NCBI GenBank assembly: GCA_038231275.1
Contig: JBBRLQ010000001.1
Coordinates: forward strand, 96,001 to 160,000
Source: Polyangiales bacterium
GTDB taxonomy: Bacteria > Myxococcota_A > Polyangia > Polyangiales > Polyangiaceae
Direction: 5' to 3'
DNA: 64,000 bases
Shown piece after piece: positions 1 to 8,443 of the stretch (the stretch's first letter is position 1; every line of letters starts with the position of its first letter). A program made the translations under genes and the position numbers. Below the pieces are notes generated by a model. That model had not been told where the DNA came from, made no database searches, and saw only the letters and a list, made by a program, of their open reading frames with translations.

Positions 1-58
1 ACCGCTAGGAACGCTTTTGTTCGCGAAACCGTCGATTTCGCCACTATGACGGACTGCG

Positions 59-1930
59 TCAAATCCCGCGCGGAGGGCGGCCGAGCTGAAGGCGCTTCAG
101 GGCGGCGGCGAGCGCGTCGATGTCATCCTTCGTGTTGTACGGGGCGAGCGACGCGCGGATGGTCGCCTCGAGCCCGAAGCGGCGCAGGATCGGCTGGGCG
201 CAGTGATGACCAGAGCGCACCGCGATGCCCTCTTGATCGAGCGCGCCGCCGACGTCCTCGGTGCGCTGCCCGTCGAGCACGAACGACAAGACGCCGGCCT
301 TCTCCGGAGCGGTCCCGATCATCGTGAGGCCCGGCACCTTCGCGAGCTGCTCTTCTCCATAGACCAGCAGCTCGTGCTCGTAGCGCTGGATGTTCGCCAT
401 GCCGAGCGCCGTCACGTAGTCGATGGCCGCGCCGAGCCCCACCGCGTCGGCGATGTTGCCGGTGCCCGCCTCGAAGCGCCACGGCGGCCCCTGGTACGAC
501 GTCTTCTCGAACGTCACGTCCGAGATCATGTTCCCGCCGCCCTGCCACGGAGGCATCGTCTCGAGGACGTCGCCCTTGCCGTAGAGGACCCCGATGCCGG
601 TCGGCGCGAACACCTTGTGGCCCGAGAAGACGTAGAAGTCGCAGTCGAGCGCCTGCACATCGACGGGCATGTGCGAGACCGCCTGGGCGCCGTCGATGAG
701 GACGCGCGCGCCGCGGCGGTGGGCCATCTGGACGATCTCGGCGACCGGGACGATCGTGCCGAGCGCGTTCGAGACCTGCGTCACGGAGACGAGGCGCGTG
801 CGCGGTCCCAAGAGCTTATCGAGCTCGTCGAGCTTCACTTGCCCGCGATCGTCGACCGGCGCCACCTTGAGGCACGCGCCCTTGTCGGCGCAGAGCTGCT
901 GCCACGGGACGATGTTCGCGTGGTGCTCGAGCCACGTGATGACGATCTCGTCGCCCGGTCCCACGTTGCGACGACCCCAGCTCTGCGCGACGAGGTTGAT
1001 CGCCTCGGTGGCGCCGCGCACGAAGACGATGTCCTTCGCCGAGGGCGCGCCGAGGAAGCGCCGCGTCTTCTCCCGCGCGGCCTCGTACGCGTCGGTCGCG
1101 CGCGCGGCGAGCGTGTGCGCGGCGCGGTGGATGTTGGAGTTCTCGTGCTCGTAAAAATACGAAATGCGATCGATGACCGACTGCGGCTTCTGCGTCGTCG
1201 CCGCGTTGTCGAGCCACACGAGCGGGCGACCATGCACGCGCTCGCCAAGGATCGGAAAATCGCGCTTGATCGAAGCCGCGTCGAAGATGCCAGGACTCGT
1301 CGCGACGTCGGGCGCGAGCTTCGGATGAAAGTCGTACGGCGAGGTCGCCGGACCGTTCGCCGGAGTCGGAGTCGGAGTCGGAGTCGCGGTCGGAGTCGGA
1401 GTCGGAGTCGGGGTCGGAGTCGCGGTCGGAGTCGCGGTCGGAGTCGCGATCGGAGTCGGCGCGCCCGGCATCGCGAAGCTCGGCGTGTCGTTCGAGGTCG
1501 GCAGGGAGAGCGGCGGCGGCGCGCCCGGCAACCCCGCCAGCGCGAGAAAATACGGCGGCGAGTCCGCAGGAAGGTGCCCGCCCGCGAGTCCCACCGGCGT
1601 CGAGAACCCGAGGTGCTCCGACACCAGCGTCGGCACGGCGCGAAGATCGCTGTCCTTCGGGAGCGGCGTCGCGGCGAGCGGCGGCTGATGCATCACGCCC
1701 GGGATCGGCGGGAGCGACTGCCCTCCCGACACCCCGCCGCCGCCGACGTTCATCGCGCTCGGCCCTACGCGCGGCGGCACGATCGCGCCCGGTGTGTCGA
1801 CCGTCATCGGACCGGCGAGAGGGACGTTCGTGGGCGGCGTCGCCGACGGACCGCGCGAGAACATCTCGTTCGCCATCTTCGCGATCTCGCCCGCCATCGC
1901 GGCGAGATCGGCGTCACTACTTGTCGTCAT
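59..1930 (-). CDS. SufS-type cysteine desulfurase with a long disordered N-terminal extension (family 2A encapsulin cargo)
   Basis: Motifs WLDNAATTQKP, EHHANIVPW, FSGHK (PLP lysine) and RSGHHCAQP (catalytic Cys). About 210 aa Pro/Thr-rich N-terminal extension. Overlaps the end of the encapsulin gene by 14 bp. Confidence 0.93.
   Translation of the reverse strand: MTTSSDADLAAMAGEIAKMANEMFSRGPSATPPTNVPLAGPMTVDTPGAIVPPRVGPSAMNVGGGGVSGGQSLPPIPGVMHQPPLAATPLPKDSDLRAVPTLVSEHLGFSTPVGLAGGHLPADSPPYFLALAGLPGAPPPLSLPTSNDTPSFAMPGAPTPIATPTATPTATPTPTPTPTPTATPTPTPTPANGPATSPYDFHPKLAPDVATSPGIFDAASIKRDFPILGERVHGRPLVWLDNAATTQKPQSVIDRISYFYEHENSNIHRAAHTLAARATDAYEAAREKTRRFLGAPSAKDIVFVRGATEAINLVAQSWGRRNVGPGDEIVITWLEHHANIVPWQQLCADKGACLKVAPVDDRGQVKLDELDKLLGPRTRLVSVTQVSNALGTIVPVAEIVQMAHRRGARVLIDGAQAVSHMPVDVQALDCDFYVFSGHKVFAPTGIGVLYGKGDVLETMPPWQGGGNMISDVTFEKTSYQGPPWRFEAGTGNIADAVGLGAAIDYVTALGMANIQRYEHELLVYGEEQLAKVPGLTMIGTAPEKAGVLSFVLDGQRTEDVGGALDQEGIAVRSGHHCAQPILRRFGLEATIRASLAPYNTKDDIDALAAALKRLQLGRPPRGI
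1361..1459. repeat. Hexanucleotide tandem repeat (CGGAGT/CGCGGT units) encoding a TP/TA linker
   Basis: About 16 consecutive 6-bp units, translating to TPIATPTATPTATPTPTPTPTPTATPTPTPTP in the desulfurase extension. Confidence 0.9.
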
Positions 1931-2837
1931 GGTAACTGCCGACGTCGACGTTCTCGAGGACGGCGAGCGCGTCGTCCGTCAAGACCGCCGCCGAGCAGTA
2001 GAGCGACACCAAGTATTGCGCCGCGCCGCGCTGGTTGATGCCCATGTGGCGCACCGAGAGGCTGGGCCCCGCTTCGCCCGGAATTCCCGGCTGGAACAGC
2101 CCGACGACGCCGCGCTTCTTCTCGCCGGTGCGGAGGAGCATGATGTTCGTCTTGCCGCCGGTGACCTTGAGCTTGTCCGACGGGATGAGCGGAAGGCCGC
2201 GCCACGTGAGGAACGGCGAGCCGAAGAGCGAGACCGTGGGCGGCGGGACACCACGACGCGTGCACTCCCGCCCGAACGCCGCGATCGCCGCCGGGTGCGC
2301 GAGGAAGAACGCCGGCTCCTTCCACACCTTGGTGATGAGCTCGTCGAGATCGTCGGGCGTCGGCGGTCCCTTGCGTGTCGAGATGCGCTGCGACGGGATC
2401 GCGCTCGACAAGAGGCCGTAGTTCGCGTTGTTGACGAGCTCGCTCTCCTGGCGCTCCTTCACGATCTCGATGAGCACGGTCAGCTGCTCGCGGACTTGAT
2501 CCATCGGGCTGCGGTAGAGATCGGAGATGCGCGTCTGCACTTCGAGCGTCGTCGTCACGGTGCTCAGCGTGTACTCGCGCGGCTGCTCTTCGTAGTCGAC
2601 GAAGGCGCGCGGGAGCTCGTCGCCGTCGCTGGGGCTGCACTCGATGCCGACGCCCGCCTCGCCGCCTTCCTTCACGCGGTTCACGCGGTAGGTACCCGCT
2701 TCGATCGGCGTCCACGGCAAGAGGCTCACGAGCCATCGCGGCGTCGAGCCGATCCACTGCGGCGGGGTCTTCGTCGTGTTGGCGAGCTGGCGCGCGGCCT
2801 CGGCGCCGAGCGTGGGATGGACGGTCTCGTCGGTCAT
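1917..2837 (-). CDS. Family 2A encapsulin shell protein (SrpI / major membrane protein I type)
   Basis: Motifs AARQLANTTKT, TPRWLVSLLPW, FVDYEEQPREY, ISDLY..PMDQ..EQL, GPPTPDDLDEL, WKEPAFFLAHP, FGRECTRRGVPP and LVSLYCSAAVLT. 306 aa. ATG at 2837 chosen because TAGAGT lies 7 nt upstream. Confidence 0.92.
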   Translation of the reverse strand: MTDETVHPTLGAEAARQLANTTKTPPQWIGSTPRWLVSLLPWTPIEAGTYRVNRVKEGGEAGVGIECSPSDGDELPRAFVDYEEQPREYTLSTVTTTLEVQTRISDLYRSPMDQVREQLTVLIEIVKERQESELVNNANYGLLSSAIPSQRISTRKGPPTPDDLDELITKVWKEPAFFLAHPAAIAAFGRECTRRGVPPPTVSLFGSPFLTWRGLPLIPSDKLKVTGGKTNIMLLRTGEKKRGVVGLFQPGIPGEAGPSLSVRHMGINQRGAAQYLVSLYCSAAVLTDDALAVLENVDVGSYHDDK

Positions 2838-2904
2838 GCGCGGCACTCTATCGAGGTGCCCTCGGGGGGACAATGCTCAGCTTTCGGCGTACCACGCTCG
2901 TAGT

Positions 2905-4104
2905 ATGAGCTTCCGCACGCGCCCTGCCCTCGCCGCCGCCGTTTCCATTCTCTTGTGCGGCGTCGCCGTCACCGGCTGCGGCGTCTTCCGGCAGCTCGCC
3001 GGCACCAACACCGTCGATCTCGAGAAAGCGGAGGTCCGCTCGATGAGCGTCGACGTCCGCAAGGCGCAGAAAACGATTTGCCCGCGCGAGGACGTGCAGA
3101 TGGCCGTCTTCGCCGAGATCGCGCTGGAAGGGGAAAAACAAGCCAAACCGTTCGAGACGTGGCAAGGCCGCGGCGGCGTCAACAAGAACGACAAGATCGA
3201 TTTCACCGAGTTCGCGTTCAACTCCGGCGAGGGCCAGGTCGATCCCGACGGCTGGTTCAAGCCGAACCCCAACGTGCTCGCCACCGTCGGCAAAGAGTTC
3301 TCGATCAAGACCGTTTACAAGCGGCGACCCGACAAATTCAGCTTCACCACGACCTACAAGCCGGACTACGCGTGCATCAAGGCGGCAGGGAAGCGCGGCG
3401 GATCCGGATCGTCGGGCGGCTCGGGCCCGTCCGGGAAATCCGGCGCGCAAGGGCAGAGCGGCTCGGACAAGAGCGCGGGCGGGCCCGGCGGCGACGGCGG
3501 CAACGGCGGACCGGGCGGCAACGGCACGAGTGGACAGCCCGGCCCGAAGCTCGTCGTCGCCGCGACGCTCGTGAAGACCGCGTTCTACGACAAGCTCGTC
3601 GCGCTCCGCATCGTCGGGGACATGGACGATCTGCTCCTCGTGCCGATCGATCACCCGATCGTCCTCAGCGCGGGCGGTGGAGCAGGCGGCAGCGGCGGCA
3701 ATGGCGGATCAGGCGGATCAGGCGGTCGCGGCGGCGGCGGAAATCCTGGCGGGCAAGGCGGCAACGGTGGCGCGGGCGGCAACGGCGGCGGCGGCGGCAA
3801 CGGCGGGCCCGGCGGCTCGATCGAGCTCGTGTTCGACGCGCGCTTCCCGGAGATCGCGCGCGCGATCAAGATGGACGTCGGCGGCGGGCCTGCGGGAATG
3901 GCGGGCGGCCCTGGCTCGGCCGGCTCTGCGGGGTCTGGCGGGTTCTCGCAAGGTCAAGGCGCGCAAAGCGGACGCGACGGCGCGGCGGGTACGGCCGGCT
4001 CGGGTGGTCAATCGGGACAGCCCGGCCCCGAAGGTCGCGCGAGCGCGAAGGCCGGCGTCGTCCAAGACAAGATCGGCAACCTTCCCGGGATCACCGCGCT
4101 GTGA
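2905..4104 (+). CDS. Lipoprotein with three Gly-X-X-rich (collagen/polyglycine-II-like) segments
   Basis: Signal peptide with lipobox VTGC, a globular N-terminal region, then GxxGxx runs separated by short hydrophobic strands. Confidence 0.8.
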   Translation: MSFRTRPALAAAVSILLCGVAVTGCGVFRQLAGTNTVDLEKAEVRSMSVDVRKAQKTICPREDVQMAVFAEIALEGEKQAKPFETWQGRGGVNKNDKIDFTEFAFNSGEGQVDPDGWFKPNPNVLATVGKEFSIKTVYKRRPDKFSFTTTYKPDYACIKAAGKRGGSGSSGGSGPSGKSGAQGQSGSDKSAGGPGGDGGNGGPGGNGTSGQPGPKLVVAATLVKTAFYDKLVALRIVGDMDDLLLVPIDHPIVLSAGGGAGGSGGNGGSGGSGGRGGGGNPGGQGGNGGAGGNGGGGGNGGPGGSIELVFDARFPEIARAIKMDVGGGPAGMAGGPGSAGSAGSGGFSQGQGAQSGRDGAAGTAGSGGQSGQPGPEGRASAKAGVVQDKIGNLPGITAL

Positions 4105-5468
4105 CTCGCATCCTCGTCCCGCGACGCGCCTTCGCGCTGGGCCTCGTCACGCTGCCGGTTCTGCCGCTCGCGTGCGCGTCCAAGCCCGCCGAAGCGCCGC
4201 TCGCGCATTTGTACGGCAAGGAGTGGGTGCACGGCTCGTACGAGCTCTACGCCGGGAAATACGCGGGCGTGCAGACCGGCGCGAAGGACGGCGCCGAGAA
4301 CGCGTACAAAGTCCTCGCGCAAAAGGGCGTCGTCGCCCTCGACGCGCTCCAGTCGCGCGACGTTCCGTTCTTCATGCGCGTCGCGCCCGACGCCACGACC
4401 TTCGCGATCGAACGAAAGGTCCCCGAGCGCCTCACCTTCACCGCCGACATGAGCGAGGCGGATCGCACCGCCGCGACCGCCGCCTGGAAAAAGGCGCGCG
4501 AGTTCATCCACACCGACTACGAAGAGATCCGCCGCCTCAACTGGGCGCTCACGCAGCTGCTCCAGCAAACGCAGCGAATCCGCACGGCGATCGAAGAAGG
4601 GCGCACCGAGCAGTACCGCCTCGTGCAGCAAATCACCGAGCTCGACAAGGGCGGCGATCTGCCGTTCCAGCTCCCGTTCCAAGTGACGCGCAAGGACTAC
4701 ACGGGCAACGTCGTGCTCCTCCTCGAGCGCCTGGAGGACGATCGCAAGAAGCTCGAGACGATGGAAGCGTCGATCGTCACCGTCGGCCTCACCGCGCGCG
4801 CGACGGACGCCGGAAGCGCGACGCTCGCGGCCGGCATCGACAAGGTGCTCCTCGCCGTCATCGAAGACGCGGACGCGACGCAGCCACGTCCGAGCGCGTA
4901 TCCGCCCACCGACGACGAGCGCGCGAAGCTCCTCGCGGAGGGGCGCCGCCTCTACGACGAGATCGGCAAGAGCGAGCCCTACAAGAAATGGGTGAAGCTC
5001 GAACAGACGAAGACGTTCGAGGCGATCGGCTCATTTTTGCCGCTCCTCGACGCGATGACGCATTTGCCGATTTCGAGCGTCTACCGTCAGGTCCTCGAGA
5101 TCTGGCGTGGCGACGCGGACTACCTCTCGTACGCAAAGATGATCCTCTCCGCCGTGCCGGGCGGAAAGGCGATCGTCAAGACGGTGAACGACGTCATCGA
5201 GATGACCGAGCGCGCGCGAAAAATCGCCGGCACGATGGAGGCGCTGCTCAAGGCGGGACCGCCTAGCCCCGAGGCGCTGGCGGCGCAGGCGAAGGGGATC
5301 GTGCTCAACACGGGGACCCAGTTCGCGCGCGATCGCGTGAAGAAACAGCTCGCGTACTTCCGCGAAAAATCCGAAATCGATCGCGTGCAGAAGCTCGTCG
5401 CGGACAGCCGCTTTGGAATGCTCCCGCTGCCGAACATTCCGATCCTCGGTCTCGGCCTCGGGCTCTGA
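4101..5468 (+). CDS. Hypothetical lipoprotein, predicted helical/coiled-coil
   Basis: GTG start overlaps the upstream stop (GTGA). RRAFALG..PLAC signal. Typical high-GC3 coding frame (C-terminal part of track ORF 2955..5468). Confidence 0.75.
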   Translation: MTRILVPRRAFALGLVTLPVLPLACASKPAEAPLAHLYGKEWVHGSYELYAGKYAGVQTGAKDGAENAYKVLAQKGVVALDALQSRDVPFFMRVAPDATTFAIERKVPERLTFTADMSEADRTAATAAWKKAREFIHTDYEEIRRLNWALTQLLQQTQRIRTAIEEGRTEQYRLVQQITELDKGGDLPFQLPFQVTRKDYTGNVVLLLERLEDDRKKLETMEASIVTVGLTARATDAGSATLAAGIDKVLLAVIEDADATQPRPSAYPPTDDERAKLLAEGRRLYDEIGKSEPYKKWVKLEQTKTFEAIGSFLPLLDAMTHLPISSVYRQVLEIWRGDADYLSYAKMILSAVPGGKAIVKTVNDVIEMTERARKIAGTMEALLKAGPPSPEALAAQAKGIVLNTGTQFARDRVKKQLAYFREKSEIDRVQKLVADSRFGMLPLPNIPILGLGLGL

Positions 5469-5743
5469 CGTCGCAACGCAGCCGCGATCAGAGCGCCAGC
5501 GTGAGGGCCGCGGCGCCGCCCTCGCGAAAGGGAGTTTGTCGCACCTGAACGAGTCGTGCGACCCGGACCCCTCTTCGTCCGCGCCTCGTCCGCGTTCGCG
5601 GATTGATGGACGGCGGCACACGTGCCATGCGTCGCGCGGGCGCCGACCAAAGGCATCGGCGTGAGATCGGGCTTCGCCGCGCGCCTTCGGCAAGCCTCAC
5701 GCCGTGACTCCACCGCACATAGGCCCGCCGCGCGACGACTCCG

Positions 5744-6199
5744 TCAGAAGTGCGTTGCGGTGAACGTGCAGCTTCCGGAGCTCGGCACCGCGCACGATCC
5801 CGAGAGCGAGGTTCCTGCGATCGAGCCCGTGCAAGTGTGGACGAAGCCTGCGCCGTCCTTCCCCGCGTACGTGAACGTCGATCCCGTGACCGTCCCTTCG
5901 TAATCGATGGTCTCGTTGCAGAGGATGTGGAGCGCGCAGCCGTTCTGGGCCACCTCGCATTTGTTCGCTCCGCACATCCCGCCGTAAGCCCAGGTGCCGG
6001 CCATCGTCCCGCATGCGGTACTCGCTCCGGAGTCCGTGCCTGCGGCTCCGTCGTTCAGCGTGGCGGCGTCGCTCCCGCCTGCGGCGTCGCGGTCGTTCAC
6101 GACGGTCGGCCCGCCGTCGGGTGCAGGACCCGTCGTCGCGGTGCCCGACGAGCATGCGGCGCATGCGACGAGCAAGGACGAGAGCATCGGTCGGCGCAT
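5744..6199 (-). CDS. Small Cys-rich lipoprotein
   Basis: MRRPMLSSLLVACAAC signal, a DGG/DA linker and a beta-rich C-terminal domain with several Cys. Confidence 0.7.
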   Translation of the reverse strand: MRRPMLSSLLVACAACSSGTATTGPAPDGGPTVVNDRDAAGGSDAATLNDGAAGTDSGASTACGTMAGTWAYGGMCGANKCEVAQNGCALHILCNETIDYEGTVTGSTFTYAGKDGAGFVHTCTGSIAGTSLSGSCAVPSSGSCTFTATHF

Positions 6200-6276
6200 T
6201 GCCAACGTTCTACGCGCCACGGCGCGCCGACCTTCCTTTGCCAGATCGGTCGCCACTTCGCAGTATGTTCTCTCAC

Positions 6277-7719
6277 ATGCCGTCGCCGCCGAGCCCTTCC
6301 GCTCTCTCGTCGTTGCTTCGTGAAGTGGCCCCTCTTAGTCACCCCCGGCGTGCAGAGCTTCTCGTCGAGATCGCCGACGCGCTGGAGAGCGGTGCCCGAA
6401 ACGCGATCTCGCCCCAGCTCATTGCCATCGCTTCTGACGAGCGCGCGCCGTCCGTGCTGCGGACGAGAGATGAATTTACGGACACAGGTTGGGCGGACCT
6501 GTCAGGCGAGACAAAGAAAGAGGAAGCCAAGAACCGGGCGATTGCCAAGCGCTTGGTGAAAGCCGGTGGAGGCAACGGAGACGCCACGAGCCGGCTCGCC
6601 CGATGCCTTGGGTTCTCGTTTACGTGGCGTGGTCTACCCACCTTCCACATGCTCCGTTTCGCATGCGGGTTCCCGGCGTGTTTCGCGGATCACTTCAATG
6701 ATGGGGACCTCGGCGAAGTCTACGGGCCGGTGCTCGGCCCGTCGATTCGGAGCCGCCAGGACTTCGCCCGATTCCTCGTCGAGTTCATGAAGGCGGATTC
6801 GTTCGCCGCCGAAGGAATCGCCTCTACCGTCTGGCACGCCTCGCGGAACGTCGGACTCTTTCCCAAATCGTCCTACGCACAAATGGAGGATGCGCTTGAC
6901 GCTTGGCTCCTCAAGACCGTTCCCAACGCCGACTCGAGAAAGGCGGCAACCGATGTCCTCCGGATTCTCGGACTACCCGCAGCCGACGCACGTGCCCTCG
7001 TTTCTTTGGCGCCGAAAGAGCAGGCCCCGAAGGCTTCTCCGAGGTTCCCCAGCCATGAGCAAGCGCCCGAGGTTGTCGAACTCGCGCCGTCGAAGAACTT
7101 TGTCCGAATGTCCTTCCCCGTGGACCCAAAGATGCTTCGCGACCCATGGATGAAGAAGCTGGGCCGACTCACGCCCATGAAGGCTCGCGAGCTCCTCAGC
7201 GAACGCTGGAGCGCGGTACCAAACTGGTTGCGCCATCTTCGGGCTTCGATCCTCGACGGAGAGCTTCTCGGAATGGTGGTAGGTCCGGCCGGAACCTTCG
7301 TGGAAATCATGTCCAACGGCGGGCGGGAGATGCGATACATCGCGAGCCCCGTCTCCTCGGCGCTGGCAACGAAGACCCTCCGCTCGCTCGGAATCACCGA
7401 TACCCATCCTCTCTTCGAGTTCGTCGTGGCTTTCGGCGGCCTTCGAGAAGCGCCGCCCGACCACGCTGGGGGATTCCTCCCTGTTGCTGAGTTCGCGGTC
7501 GTCGAACGGGCGCGAAGGCGCCAGAGCTCGGTCATCTCCCTGATCGAAGCCGATGAGTTGCGCGACTGGCGAGACGCCCTGGTCGTGTACGAGGATTGGA
7601 ATGGCGACGCCCTGCTTGTCAGCCCCAAGGGACCCATCGGGTGGGCGAAGCACGACGCGGGATGCGTCGAGTCGTGCGGCAAATCGTTCAAGGACTTCTT
7701 CAAAACCAACTTTCGCTGA
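6277..7719 (+). CDS. Hypothetical protein with a C-terminal SMI1/KNR4 (SUKH)-like domain
   Basis: C-terminus LFEFVVAFGG...GFL...VYEDWNGDALLV...GPIGWAKHD...GKSFKDFF resembles the SUKH pattern. Codons are visibly less GC3-biased than in neighbours. TATGTT lies 7 nt before the ATG. Confidence 0.6.
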   Translation: MPSPPSPSALSSLLREVAPLSHPRRAELLVEIADALESGARNAISPQLIAIASDERAPSVLRTRDEFTDTGWADLSGETKKEEAKNRAIAKRLVKAGGGNGDATSRLARCLGFSFTWRGLPTFHMLRFACGFPACFADHFNDGDLGEVYGPVLGPSIRSRQDFARFLVEFMKADSFAAEGIASTVWHASRNVGLFPKSSYAQMEDALDAWLLKTVPNADSRKAATDVLRILGLPAADARALVSLAPKEQAPKASPRFPSHEQAPEVVELAPSKNFVRMSFPVDPKMLRDPWMKKLGRLTPMKARELLSERWSAVPNWLRHLRASILDGELLGMVVGPAGTFVEIMSNGGREMRYIASPVSSALATKTLRSLGITDTHPLFEFVVAFGGLREAPPDHAGGFLPVAEFAVVERARRRQSSVISLIEADELRDWRDALVVYEDWNGDALLVSPKGPIGWAKHDAGCVESCGKSFKDFFKTNFR

Positions 7720-7768
7720 ACCGGGCGCGCGCAGGTTTGATGCGTATGCTTGCCGAGAGGTGCACGTC

Positions 7769-8380
7769 ATGCGGAGTTCATTCCTAGGAGCCGTCGCGAT
7801 CGGTCTCTTCGTATCGGCGTGCGCCGCCGACCCTGCTTCTCCGCCCGAATATCCGCCGCCGCCGCCACCGCCTGCCGCGGCGCCGCCGGGAGAAGTGCTT
7901 CCGGCGTCCGCCGACGTGCAGTCGGCCGACGCGCCTCCAACGGCCCCGCCGTCGCAAGCCGCGAACGCGCAAGGTCCGCTGCCGCCGATGCCTACGCAAG
8001 CGCCGCAGTACACGCCCACCGCCGACGCGGCGCCGCCGCCGGCGACAGAGTGGACGACGGTCTACCCGACGGGACAGTGGGTCTACGCGACCGACTACGG
8101 ATGGATGTGGATCCCCAACGACGCGAGCCTCGTGGCGCACGAAGGCGTGCCGTACGCGTACCTGTACACGCCTAGGTACGGATGGACCTGGTACGTCTCG
8201 CCGTGGGGCGGCGGGCCTTATCGCTACGGCGTCTGGGTGCGGCACCCGTGGCGGCCCGTCGGTTGGCGGTACGGATGGGCCGCGCGGCCGGCCGTCGTCG
8301 TCCACATCGGCGGCGGGTATCGGGGCGGCTACTACCGTGGCGGCTACCGCGGCGGCCGCGGCGGCGGTCACCGCCGGTAA
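7769..8380 (+). CDS. Pro-rich lipoprotein with a Trp/Tyr-rich (YGWxW) domain and an RGG tail
   Basis: Lipobox VSAC, poly-Pro, GQWVYATDYGWMWIP and YGWTWYVSPWG. GAGAGG RBS upstream. Confidence 0.75.
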   Translation: MRSSFLGAVAIGLFVSACAADPASPPEYPPPPPPPAAAPPGEVLPASADVQSADAPPTAPPSQAANAQGPLPPMPTQAPQYTPTADAAPPPATEWTTVYPTGQWVYATDYGWMWIPNDASLVAHEGVPYAYLYTPRYGWTWYVSPWGGGPYRYGVWVRHPWRPVGWRYGWAARPAVVVHIGGGYRGGYYRGGYRGGRGGGHRR

Positions 8381-8443
8381 CGGGGCGCGAGCAACCATTG
8401 TAGCCCCCCTGAGCCCGTTTGCGGCGATACTCGACGGATCGAA

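Noticed and set aside
1361-1459. Repeat as a CRISPR array or other non-coding array
   Set aside because: It consists of 6-bp units without spacers, lies in frame within a CDS, and no cas genes are present.
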